From the NCBI GenBank assembly GCA_012295275.1, contig CM022677.1, positions 28,086,001 to 28,150,000 of the forward strand: a DNA stretch of 64,000 nucleotides. Reading direction: 5' to 3'. The position numbers and the translations under genes are program-made. The DNA is from Chrysomallon squamiferum. Taxonomy: Eukaryota; Animalia; Mollusca. Positions 41,699-57,120 of the stretch are shown here, piece by piece. Each line of letters opens with the position of its first letter. The stretch's first letter is position 1. Below the pieces are notes generated by a model. It saw nothing but the letters and a program-made list of their open reading frames with translations, was not told the DNA's origin and made no database searches.

Positions 41699-43028
41699 TG
41701 AGAATTCTAAGCAGAGAAGATCACAGTGTAAACCCAGTTGTAGCTGGATGGAAAATGTTTGCCAAAAATAACAAGCTATTTAGTTCTCATGGCTAATAGC
41801 AAGTGACAAACATTATCTTTTTTTACATCTTTCTTTTTCATGTTCTTGTTTGGAAAACCAGCTTTGCAGAAAGTAATTTGTGTGTATCTGTGTTGTGTAA
41901 TCCATACTACTACTGTACCAACATTTCTACTGTTTCTGAAACTACAACTGCTATATAATTCTGTTATTTCTAAAAACTAGTATTTATAAAAACCATTATT
42001 TCTATACACTGTTTTTCTAAAAACCAATATTTCTACATACTGTATTTCTAAAAACCATTATTTCTACACACTGTTTTTCTAAAAACCAATATTTCTACAT
42101 ACTGTATTTCTAAAAACCAATATTTCTACATACTGTATTTCTAAAACCAGTACTTGTACATAATTTTTGTGGTCACACCGACTTGACTGCAACTATAACA
42201 CAAGTCTCACAGATACATAGGTTATTATGGAAGATGAAAACTAAAATTAAAAACAGTTTTCTTTTCATCAATTGCTTTTGTTTCAGAGATCTTTTCTTCT
42301 AACTTTTATTTTTTATTCCTTTCCTTTTTTTTCTTTCAGTTTTTATTTTAATTTTCACACTGACGGATGTGACTGTCGAATCCCCTGTGTCAGCCGCAAT
42401 TAACCAGTCTGACTAACAGTCCAAACAAAGAGCCACAATGAGCAAACATCCTCTACAGCCTGAGGTGAAATCATGGATTTATTAACACAAAATCTCACAA
42501 AGATGTTGATCTGTAGTTCTACTTAGTAAACCATTCTGAAAGCTGAAGATGTATCTTGCTAAGAAATTCAAAATTGTTTTCTGCTCTATCAAATATTACT
42601 ACTTTTACAGAATTATTACAACATTTGCAGCTTAAATTCATAAAAATTTAAAAAAAAAGAAAAGACAAATAAAAACCTTGTCCTTGCTAGCCTGGCAGAA
42701 AGAGCAATTAATGATTTGAAATAAAGAAAACATCCAGGCTGAACTGTCAGCTAGAATCCAGTTGTAACTAAGGAATTCTCAGAACTGCTAAACTAGTTTG
42801 CTATCAGAACAAAGCTTGGTCTTTAAATTGCTAAATAAGACTTGATCACGGTACACTTAACACAGAGAATGTGTTTTTACTTCTATTATACTACAGCAAT
42901 AACAATATGCCAGTATGTTTTCAATCGAGTGTTATTATCTGCATCTACCATATCCATATTGAAAATAAAATATATTAACTGACAAAGAGATGGTTTTTGA
43001 AAGCCGAATCTCTGATATATTATGTTCA

Positions 43029-43842
43029 TGATTTTATCCATTTACAATACTGTTACATTTTCTCACAGTGATTTCATCCATTTACAATACTGTTACATTT
43101 TCTCACAGTGATTTCATCCATTTACAATACTGTTACATTTTCTCAGTGATTTCATCCATTTACAATACTGTTACATTTTCTCACAGTGATTTCATCCATT
43201 TACAATACTGTTACATTTTCTCACAGTGATTTCATCCATTTACAATACTGTTACATTTTCTCAGTGATTTCATCCATTTACAATACTGTTACAGCATTTT
43301 CTCACAGTGATTTCATCCATTTACAATACTGTTACATTTTCTCAGTGATTTCATCCATTTACAATACTGTTACATTTTCTCAGTGACTTCATCCATTTAC
43401 AATACTGTTACATTTTCTCAGTGATTTCATCCATTTACAATACTGTTACATTTTCTCAGTGATTTCATCCATTTACAATACTGTTACATTTTCTCAGTGA
43501 TTTCATCCATTTACAATACTGTTACAGCATTTTCTCGGTGATTTCATCCATTTACAATACTGTTACATTTTCTCGGTGATTTCATCCATTTACAATACTG
43601 TTACATTTTCTCGGTGATTTCATCCATTTACAATACTGTTACATTTTCTCAGTGATTTCATCCATTTACAATACTGTCACATTTTCTCAGTGATTTCATC
43701 CATTTACAATACTGTCACATTTTCTCAGTGATTTCATCCATTTACAATACTGTTACATTTTCTCAGTGATTTCATCCATTTACAATACTGTTACATTTTC
43801 TCAGTGATTTCATCCATTTACAATACTGTTACAGCATTTTCT
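43029..43842. repeat. 38-43 bp minisatellite, about 21 copies
   Basis: Unit GATTTCATCCATTTACAATACTGTTACATTTTCTC(AC)AGT. Confidence 0.95.
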
Positions 43843-45087
43843 ACTGCTTCTACTACTACAACAGCTACATAGTTCTTACTGTCACTACAACACAAATCTA
43901 GTTTCTCCATGTAGTTTTTATTGTAACAGCTTTCTGCAACTACAAAATGCTAGGTTATCAATATTATATTGGTATATATTATCTTTTTCTAACTTAGTTT
44001 TTTTGTTTTAAATCTCTTAACGAAGGGATTAATAACATAAAACAAGTTTTCTAAATCATTTGTAATAACTGATACAAAAAACAATCAAATTATGTGAATT
44101 ATTTTTATCACATCTTGAGTCAGACAAAATATATTTTTATCTTTAGATTTTCTAGTGTAAATACGTTCATAATCACAAAAATATTACCAAATACAATATC
44201 TTTAAATCAGAAAAAGAAATTTCTAAACCGTTCTCTGGATTCCTGTTACTTTTTAGTGAATTTGTTAATAATCAAGTTAAAAAGCTTTTATGAATATGGA
44301 CTCAAGCTAAAAGCTTCCATGAATCATTACATTTGGGAACTGTTGGTATTTTTCCTTTTCCTTTTTAATTAAATTTTATTTCAGTTTCTTAAAACAAATA
44401 TCTATTCTGATTTGAAAAGAGGAAATATTTATTTTCTATTTGTTTTTAATAATAAAATAATATATATATAAATAAAATGGTTTTAAAACAAAAGATATTA
44501 ATTTTGAATAATTTACATTAAGTGGTTAAGTGTTGTAAAAGATGACAAGTAATTTTTTATGTTGTGATTTGGTGCTAATGAAACTCTAGAGTTGTTCTGT
44601 GTTTGTGATGTCTGTGTGTATGTGTGTATGTGTATGTATGTGTGTGTGTAGTTGTGAGTGGGTATGTGTCTGTGTAGGTGTGAGAGTGTGTGTATGTGTG
44701 TGTATCTGTGTTACATTGAAAGCTGTCTGTCCAGTGTTACAATTAAGAGCACTACAGGCACACCAAGGTCAGAGGCAGTGAAGTTGAATGATTGTTTTGT
44801 CCAGCATTAGCAACAAGAGAGACAAAAACACAACACATTTCTTATCCAGCATTAGCAACAAGAGACAAAACACATTTCTTATCCAGCTTACCTTGCTCTA
44901 TGTTTATTAATGTTCCACTGTTATCATAGTTTATTTCTTCTAAAGCTTTTCCCATTAAAACAAGTCATTAAACAAAATTATTTATTGATTTTGCTGCTTT
45001 CATTAATTTTATTAAAACAAAATGATACAAGTTTGGAAAAGCTGCATTTTAAACAAAGAACATAGTCTTTTATTGTTATCACTTTTA

Positions 45088-45132
<45 letters not shown>

Positions 45133-48100
45133 AAACAACTTAATTTGGCCAAATCATTTTATTTTTCAATCAATTTTTTAAACATAAATAGAAGATAATT
45201 ATTAGTTTTGTTTGTATTTTGAAAGAATCACTGAGATGCGAGATAGTAGCTAAAACTGTTTATTCACAGTGAAATAACAAACCAGTCTTCTTTGTCAAAC
45301 TCTACACGTAGTCTTAATTTTACTAAATAAAAAATAATTAAAGTGATTATATAAATAGCATAAAAGTTGAACATGTTAAATAGTATATCTTATAGGTTAT
45401 TACTGATTGAAGTGTGTGTGTGTGGAGAGAGAGAGCAAAATAACTCCGAATTAGTTTCTGATCTTTGTCAATACGTAAATATCTAGTTTAATGAACTTAT
45501 TACTATTTAGCAATATATATATAATCATACTGTCTGAAAAAAGGTAGAGAATTAAAATATAAAAGATACTTTAAAAGAAACAAAATTAACTATTTGCTGA
45601 TTTAGGCTATTATATGCAGTTTGTGTTAAACAAAATTATGATGGAGAAATAGAAGGATAAATGAGAGAGAAGGCATAAAATTGACAAAGAGGCAACAAGA
45701 GTGACAGAAACCAACAAAAGAAAAATGTGAAGAAAAAAAGAACAAGAACCAAATGACACAGAGGAAAAAAAGAAATGATTAATTATATAAAAGTGAGAGA
45801 GAATATTGCTAAAAATGCTGTAATGAGAAGGATTCAGACAGAAGTAAATAAACATCAGAAGATGACACATTTCTTATCTGAAGAAATAATGACAACAATG
45901 CAAAACACCATCTCAAGAAACATTTCCTTTACTTATCACCAAGCCACAACAAAACCAGACAACAGTTCATTAGAAAACTTACTTTTTTATTTTTATATAT
46001 TTTTTCCATTACCAAACCATTTACTGAGCTACCAGAAATACAGAATTTCTGTTTTTAAATAGCTTCTTTGAATTAGGTGTTGTGTATTTTAGTTTCTGTA
46101 CACAAGAAGATATTTGTTTCCTGTTTATATTTATTATCAAGTCAAAAATACACATTTTAAGTAATGATTAAGCCTATATCCAAAAGTTCAGACAATACCT
46201 GGTCCCAGACTTGCTTACATGGTTTTGTGTCACCAGTTTGTGTTTAGATACTCAGAGAAAATAATAACAGAGAATCAGTAATGTATTATAACACAACATA
46301 CATAAAAATTAATACAAATAAAATATTAAAAGATTCAATATAATCATAAAATAAAATGTATGTATAATGTGTGTGTGTGAAAGTTTGATAGACATACAAT
46401 TAATTGACAATAGTATGAACAATTAATTAACAATAGTATGAATCTGTGTGTAAAGAAATGGCCACATTTAAATGTTATTTAAACTTTATCCTACTTGTGA
46501 TAACCAATAATAGGTCAAACAAAAAAAAGTAATAATTTTGAAACAAAGAAATTTTATTAATTTGCTTATTTGTGTAAACACACATTATAATGCTAACAAG
46601 GGTGCTATGAAAATTACAGAGACCTATATTTTAAAAGTAATAATAGTGTAAAACAATGACCAGGTAACACGTAACTGTAATAATACTGATTTACACTAAC
46701 AGGTAATATTATAAAAGAAATAAACTATAACAAATAACAACAGTGTTAACCATGACCAGGTAATATGCAACAACATGGAGTAAAGTGTAACTGATTAAAA
46801 GAACAAAAGACAGGTAACACTATTTTAAAACAGACTGGTTCTCTGTATAAATAAAAATACTGGCTTCCAGTAACACACATACAAACAAACAACCAGAACT
46901 TTCTATAAAACATGTAAGTTATAATGATAACATTATCCATTAAATTGTTTAACTTGAATCAGATAACTAATAAAGAGCCTGAGAGTAATATCTAAGTCTA
47001 AATAAAAACTTCATTTATACAAACAGTGTGTACTAATAAACAAAAAGTGTTAATCTGAATAAGATATCCTTGCTGCTCAGAAGTTTCAGTTTCCAAATCT
47101 TTTCAGGTGTCGTAATTCTGAATCTAGGATCCACAACCAGTATATAACTATTGTAACACAGTGACTGATGTTATACTGTAACATGTTACATAATGTTACT
47201 ACCTGATGACAAGATTAAATTAGGTTTAATCTGACAGATGAGAGCAGATTTCACTAAGATCAGACTATGTAACAGTAATTATGTATTATCTGGGTGACTC
47301 AGATTAAGTGTGACTCCTTGACATAAGTATTCTCATCATGAAATCACATTTACTGGGATTATGATCATAATTATTATTATTATTATTTTATCTATGTGTT
47401 ATTAAGCTCAATGCAACACAAAATAATTTGAATTACTTTTCTAAAGTTTACCGATGAACTTGATAATGCTTAAGATAAAATAGCATTTAATATAATTTTG
47501 TACATATATTTTACTTAATTCTTATTTTTCTTTTTTATATGTGTGTGTGCGTGTGGTTGAGAGAAATGGTGAATCTGTATTTATGTGCATATATTTAAAT
47601 TCTGTGAAACTGGTCAGACATTGTTATGATTATTATTATTCACGTTAATTATAGCTTTTTTTTTAATTATCTGGGAATCATATGTTTGATGTAATAACAA
47701 ATAAATGTATCCAGTACATAATTGTATCGTTTAAATAAATAGTTATACAAAAAATGCTGTGTGTCACAAACGTCAAAGAAATAGTGACATACAAAGATTA
47801 TAAAATATCAGTTTATGACTAGTGAAATGTAATCAGTGACAAACAACAATGATAAATACGAGAATGTAAACAGACGTATGTTTACATGAACAGGACGCAA
47901 TCCACACGACTTTATTAAAATGCAGGAGACCTCATGCTGGGCCTTTCACCATTTCGACAAACAATGGACCGAACGTTCAAACCGCTAAACAAAAAAACAC
48001 AGGCACCTCTGAGTCTGCTCTTAAAACCGAGTATTCTCAAACACACAAACACTACATTATTAATATTCAAACAGAAATCGCTTTCACTCCGAAATAATGG

Positions 48101-48175
48101 GAGTGTTTCTATTGCTATAGGATAAATGTTTTAAATACAGTGTTGAAAAATAAAAGAGAAAGAAAAGGTGCATAC

Positions 48176-48257
48176 CTTGAACAAACGCGAGCCACAGACA
48201 AACTATCCCAAAATGAAGGGCTTTTCTGCTCGCTTTTCTGGCGTTATCGTCGGCCAT
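48176..48257 (-). CDS. neo1: Neogenin/DCC/frazzled-like netrin receptor, exon 1 (signal peptide MADDNARKASRKALHFGIVCLWLAFVQ)
   Basis: ATG in ATCATGG context. Basic n-region plus hydrophobic h-region. Ends at AAG|GTATGC (82 nt, phase 1), which matches the phase-1 start of the 4084-4258 exon and gives a plausible ATA-VP cleavage site. Sits in a CpG-rich promoter-like zone. The link across 43.9 kb is inferred from phase and signal-peptide logic. Confidence 0.8.
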
Positions 48258-48545
48258 GATGTGATCTTATTACGATCCCCAGATCGTATTAGTCTTTAAG
48301 ACTTCAGTTAATGACATAAGTGCACTTTGTAAAACGTATATCCAAGAACACAACACATCTAGTAAATATTCACTCCGCGAACACTCATAGCGCTTTTCAA
48401 CTGTACGCCATGGCTTCTCTACTCGACACTGCAGGAGGCGGGTCAAACTCCATATTTGGAAGGTCACGTGTCATAGTTTAAGAGGTCACGACCTAATTGC
48501 TCGGTGATTTCTGTTCTTGAATTATACCGTTAGATGGCGTTAGCA
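48258..48545 (-). promoter_or_regulatory. 5' leader/promoter of the neogenin-like gene
   Basis: CpG-rich. CArG box CCATATTTGG 48450-48459; E-box CACGTG 48465-48470; RGGTCA half-sites at 48440, 48461 and 48483; CTCF/YY1-like CCGTTAGATGGCG 48527-48539. TSS not determinable. Confidence 0.55.
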
Positions 48546-48695
48546 ACTTCAGATATTTTTTTAGTAACAATAGTGTTATTGGTGTTCTTTTTGTTTCTGC
48601 TGCTGGCAATATATTTATTTATTTTAAACAGTAAAAATAGAAAAGAAACAATAATGAATAATGAATATAAATTTTACAAGATCTTTATCAATTAA

Positions 48696-48746
<51 letters not shown>

Positions 48747-49398
48747 TACCAAAGAATAACCTAAATCTCCCATTAGACGTATTTCCATATACAGCCTCAG
48801 ACACAGAAAAACAATGGGACGGGGTGAAGCAAAATGAGTTCAAGGGAGTGGTATACTCTATCACTTTTTGTTCACTTCTTATATTTCATTTTATTTTATT
48901 TTATTTACGTTTTTTTTTTTTTTTTTTTTTTTTTAAATGATACAAAGTGTAAATTTCCGCTACCAGCGAAATCTTAGAGAGTCAGGAAGTAATAATATTA
49001 ATACAGGAAGCAACCACTACAATGATACAAAGATAGTGAAGACATCGACACAGTCTTATGTGACTTTTTCACATAAATATTATCAAATAAATAAATAAAT
49101 AAAAATATATATAAAAAAAATTGTGTTATGTTGTAACGTGTATCATTTTAATAACTTATCAATATTTCCGACTTAAACCAATGTTAACTACGTCGCGATA
49201 TATATATATATATATTAGACGTAGAATATTTGAAAAATTAATTCTGATAATGATTTCACTTAATATTCATGACATCGAGTCATTGAAATGTTCTTCTTCC
49301 TTTTTCTTTCTTTCTTTTTTTCTTTGCAGATAATAAGTTAGAGACACACAAAGACAGACAGAATTTGAAAGAGAGAGAGAGACAGAGAGATGCAAACA

Positions 49399-51250
49399 CA
49401 AAATTTCATTGTTCTTTAATCACTGAACTATATACAAGTAATTACTAGTCACACAAATAAATGATACAGAAACACACAACATGACACAGAATCACAGAGA
49501 ACAGAGACAGAAATATGATACAGAAACACACCTAACAGAGACAGAAGAATAATACAGAAACACACATAACAGAGACAGAAGTATGATACAGAAACACAAA
49601 GAACCGAGACACAAGAATAATACAGAAACACATATAACAGAGACAGAAGTATGAAAGAGAAACACATATGACAGAGACACAAGTATGATACAGAAACACA
49701 CATAACAGAGACAGAAGTATGATACAGAAACACAAAGAACAGACACAGAAGTATGATAGAAAAACACTTATAACACAGACAGAAGTATGAAAGAGAAACA
49801 CATATGACAGAGACACAAGTATGATACAGAAACACACATAACAGAGACAGAAGTATGATACAGAAACACACATAACAGAGACACAAGTATGATACAGAAA
49901 CACACATAACAGAGACACAAATATGATACAGAAACACACCTAACAGAGACAGAAGTATGATACAGAAACACACATAACAGAGACACAAATATGATACAGA
50001 AACACACCTAACAGAGACAGAAGTATGATACAGAATCACACATAACAGAGACACAAATATGATACAGAAACACACCTAACAGAGACAGAAGTATGATACA
50101 GAATCACACATAACAGAGACACAAGTATGATACAGAAACACACCTAACAGAGACAGAAGTATGATACAGACTCACACATAACAGAGACAGAAGTATGATA
50201 CAGAAACACACAGAACAGAGACACAAATATGATACAGAATCACACATAACAGAGACACAAGTATGATACAGAAACACACCTAACAGAGACAGAAGTATGA
50301 TACAGAAACACACATAACAGAGACAGAAGTATGATACAGAAACACACAGAACAGAGACAGAAGTAAGATACAGAAACACACAGAACAGAGACAGAAGTAA
50401 GATACATAAACACACATAACAGAGACAGAAGTAAGATACATAAACACACAGAACAGAGACAGAAGTAAGATACATAAACACACAGAACAGAGACAGAAGT
50501 ATGATACAGAAACACACAGAACAGAGACAGAAGTAAGATACATAAACACACAGAACAGAGACAGAAGTAAGATACATAAACACACATAACAGAGACACAA
50601 GTATGATACAGAAACCCTCAGAACAGAGACAGAAGTAAGATACATAAACACACAGAACAGAGACAGAAGTATGATACATAAACACACAGAACAGAGACAG
50701 AAGTATGATACATAAACACACATAACAGAGACAGAAGTATGATACATAAACACACAGAACAGAGACAGAAGTATGATACATAAACACACAGAACAGAGAC
50801 AGAAGTATGATACATAAACACACATAATAAAGACAGTAATATGATACATAAACACACATAACAGAGACAGAAGTATTATACATAAACACATAGGATAGAG
50901 ACACAAGTGTGATACAGAAACGCATAGAAAGGAGACAGGTGTAAGAGACAGTAACGCACAGAAAGGAGACAGCTATAGGAGACAGTAACGCACAGAAAGG
51001 AGACAGGTATAGGAGACAGTAATGCACAGAAAGGAGACAGGTATAGGAGACAGTAACGCACAGAAAGGAGACAGGTATAGGAGACAGTAACGCACAGAAA
51101 GGAGACAGGTATAGGAGACAGTAACGCACAGAAAGGAGACAGGTATAGGAAACAGTAGAATAGTAGGAGTACTGTAAGTAGCAGTAATAGAGTAGAGTAG
51201 TTGTGATACAGAACAAAGTCAAGTGTAGTAGTAATAGTAGTAGATAATTA

Positions 51251-51312
<62 letters not shown>

Positions 51313-51366
51313 AGTAGTAGTAGTAACAGTAAGTAGTTAATAGTAAGCAGTGGAAGTAGTAGTAGT

Positions 51367-51454
<88 letters not shown>

Positions 51455-51552
51455 TAATAATAGTAGTAATTGTAATTGTAGTAATAGTAGTAGTAATAGC
51501 ATTACTAGTAGTAGTAACAGTAGTAGTAGTCGTAGTAGTAATTGTAGTAATT

Positions 51553-51583
<31 letters not shown>

Positions 51584-51587
51584 CAGC

Positions 51588-51639
<52 letters not shown>

Positions 51640-51770
51640 ACTAGTAGTAGTAGTAGTAGTAGTAGTAGTTATAAGTAGTAGTAATTGTAGTAATAGTAGT
51701 AGTAATAGTAGTAGTAGTAGTAGTAGTAACAGTAGTAGTAGTAGTAGTAGTAGTAATTGTAGTAGTAGTA

Positions 51771-51802
<32 letters not shown>

Positions 51803-51829
51803 TAGTAGTAGTAGTAGTAGTAGTAGTAA

Positions 51830-51886
<57 letters not shown>

Positions 51887-51887
51887 C

Positions 51888-51918
<31 letters not shown>

Positions 51919-51926
51919 TAGTAATT

Positions 51927-51972
<46 letters not shown>

Positions 51973-53060
51973 CAGTAGTAGTAAAAAGAAGAAGTAAAAT
52001 AGTGTTAATAATGGCTGCTGTGTTACGACAGCAGCAGTCAAACTGAAAAGGTAGTGAATTGTCCCCCGGCCATGGATATGCACTGAAGATCATGCGATGC
52101 TACAGCTACATCAACGTGCCCGACGTAGACTCGAACCCACCCTGACGTAGCTGCAAACACGACACACAAACCTCAACGCAACACCCACAACCGACATTAC
52201 CTAGTCGATATTGGATATATAACCTGCACAAAATCGATATCTAGCAGATCACGTGATACAGATTATATTTAAATATTTTCTTTTGGCTTCCTTAATTTTG
52301 AACTTTTACTACTACTACTACTACTATTATTATTATTACTATTATTATTATTATTATTATTATTATTGAATTTTACTGTCAACTCTAATTTTGTTGCTAT
52401 TGGAGATAACTGTGTTTGTATATAATGACGTAATTTAGCCAAACAGAAACTAGGAAAACCCCGCACGAGCTTGTTACGTGTCACTTGATATTATTTACTG
52501 CTTTGAAACGGAATTATCGTCTCTTCTTTTCAGTGTTCGTGCGCTTTAATGCATGAAGTGTGTGTGTCTCTCTCTCTCTGTGTTTGCGTGTGTGTGCGCG
52601 CGTGTGGAGAAGACGAAACAAATGAATGCGTATGTCTATATGCGTAAACTTGCGAACATTATCTGCCTTAACTTTTAAATTATGAATCAGCACCCAAAAT
52701 ATTTTTATTTGTTTTTTTAATTCCAAATGACGATGTTTTTGAAGCTTTAAATTTTAAAATTTAATTTTTGATCATGAACAGAATATTTAATGTCGTTTTC
52801 TTTTTCTATTTATTTTCTTTTCCCTTATTTTCTTTATTTGATTTTATTTTAGTATATTTTATTTTTTTTTAAATTTAAATTTTTTTTTTTTTAAATTATA
52901 TTCTGATTCTTATTATTATCCTTTGTCCATGCTTTCGGGTTTTATACTCAGATTAATTACTCTTTTGGGGCACAACTCTGCAGACTCTAATTTTGAAACC
53001 TTAGAGTTATTTCCCTTACCCTATTAAAACATTATAATAACGCCATATTCAAGATGTAAG

Positions 53061-53062
<2 letters not shown>
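49399..53062. repeat. Tandem segmental duplication, copy A (30-bp and 39-bp minisatellites, (AGT)n, unique core, upstream unique DNA)
   Basis: Shares its start CAAAATTTCATTGTT and end CGCCATATTC-AGATGTAAGAT with copy B, with the same internal order. Confidence 0.9.
52046..52201 (-). ncRNA. Candidate Pol III-transcribed long-hairpin ncRNA, copy 1 (family unknown)
   Basis: TTATATAT at 52222-52215; B box GGTTCGAGTCT at 52137-52127; TTTT at 52049-52046. Ends pair (GGTAATG/CACTACC). Long stem with many G.U pairs works only on the minus strand. Confidence 0.6.
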
Positions 53063-53100
<38 letters not shown>

Positions 53101-53257
53101 CAACAACAACAACAATAACAACAACAATAATCACAATAATAATGATGATAATGATGATAATAATAATCATAATGATGATGATGATGAAGACGACGGTGAA
53201 ATAATACTAACTCACGCACACTCAGACGTGTATGATTGAGAGTGCGCGCGCGCGTAT

Positions 53258-53261
<4 letters not shown>

Positions 53262-53341
<80 letters not shown>

Positions 53342-53345
53342 GGAG

Positions 53346-53425
<80 letters not shown>

Positions 53426-53557
53426 GACAGGAGAGAGGAGAGAGAGAGAGAGAGAGAGAGGAGAGACAGGAGGAGAGAGAGGAGAGAGAGAGATAGACAG
53501 AGAGAGGGAGAGAGAGAGGAGAGAGAGAGAGAGAGAGATAGAGAGAGAGAGAGGGAG

Positions 53558-53603
<46 letters not shown>

Positions 53604-53620
53604 TGGAGGAGAGAGGAGAG

Positions 53621-53690
<70 letters not shown>

Positions 53691-53701
53691 GAGAGATGGA
53701 G

Positions 53702-53744
<43 letters not shown>

Positions 53745-53881
53745 GAGGGAGGGAGAGAGAAAGAGGGGAGGAGAGAGAGAGACAGACAGACAGACAGAGA
53801 GAGAGAGAGAGAGATAGTGAGAGAGACAGAGATAGAGAGAGAGTGTGAGAGAGAGAGATAGTGAGAGAGAGACAGACAGAG

Positions 53882-53965
<84 letters not shown>

Positions 53966-54020
53966 GACAGACAGAGAGACAGTGAGTGAGAGAGAGAGAG
54001 AGACAGAGAGACAGACAGAC

Positions 54021-54056
<36 letters not shown>

Positions 54057-54093
54057 TGAGAGAGAGACAGAGATAGATAGAGAGAGATAGAGA
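53262..54093. repeat. ~830-bp (GA)n polypurine tract between the duplicated units
   Basis: Directly visible. Confidence 0.95.
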
Positions 54094-54101
54094 GGCAAAG
54101 G

Positions 54102-56660
<2,559 letters not shown>

Positions 56661-56862
56661 TTATCCTTGTTTAACATTTAAAATTATTTTTATATTTTCC
56701 TTACGGCTGATATGTTTTCGCTTAAAGTTGGAATAAGTTAATATTTGATTTTAAGGAGTCTGCGTGTGTTTGTGTAATTATTTTAATTGTGTGTGTGTGT
56801 GTGTGTGTTTGCGTGTGTGTCGTGATTTTTTCCCAGATGTCACATATCTATCTATAATAGCA

Positions 56863-56962
<100 letters not shown>

Positions 56963-57027
56963 TATAATGGTAATGATAATAATAACAACAATATAATAAT
57001 GATAATGATGATCATAATAATAATAAT

Positions 57028-57120
<93 letters not shown>

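Larger units (their letters stand above)
4259..48175 (-). other. ~43.9-kb first intron of the neogenin-like gene
   Basis: GT at 48175 and AG at 4260-4259. No convincing coding exon seen inside. CpG-poor and repeat-rich. Confidence 0.75.

Noticed and set aside
45775-46062. 95-aa plus-strand ORF in intron 1
   Set aside because: AT-rich chance ORF with no domain or splice context.
48270-48467. 65-aa minus-strand ORF upstream of exon 1
   Set aside because: Non-ATG start, no recognisable domain, overlaps promoter motifs. Only its internal ATG is noted, as a uORF.
52048-52112. Short resemblances to Y1 RNA (AAGGTAGTGA), miR-222 (AGCTACATC) and RNase P P4 (CAATTCA..CTAC)
   Set aside because: Matches are only about 9-11 nt, the first two are on the strand disfavoured by the G.U pairing, and the other required motifs are missing.
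52115-52155. tRNA or tRNA-Sec gene suggested by GGTTCGAGTC
   Set aside because: No D arm, anticodon arm or acceptor stem can be built; the motif sits in the apex of a long rod instead.
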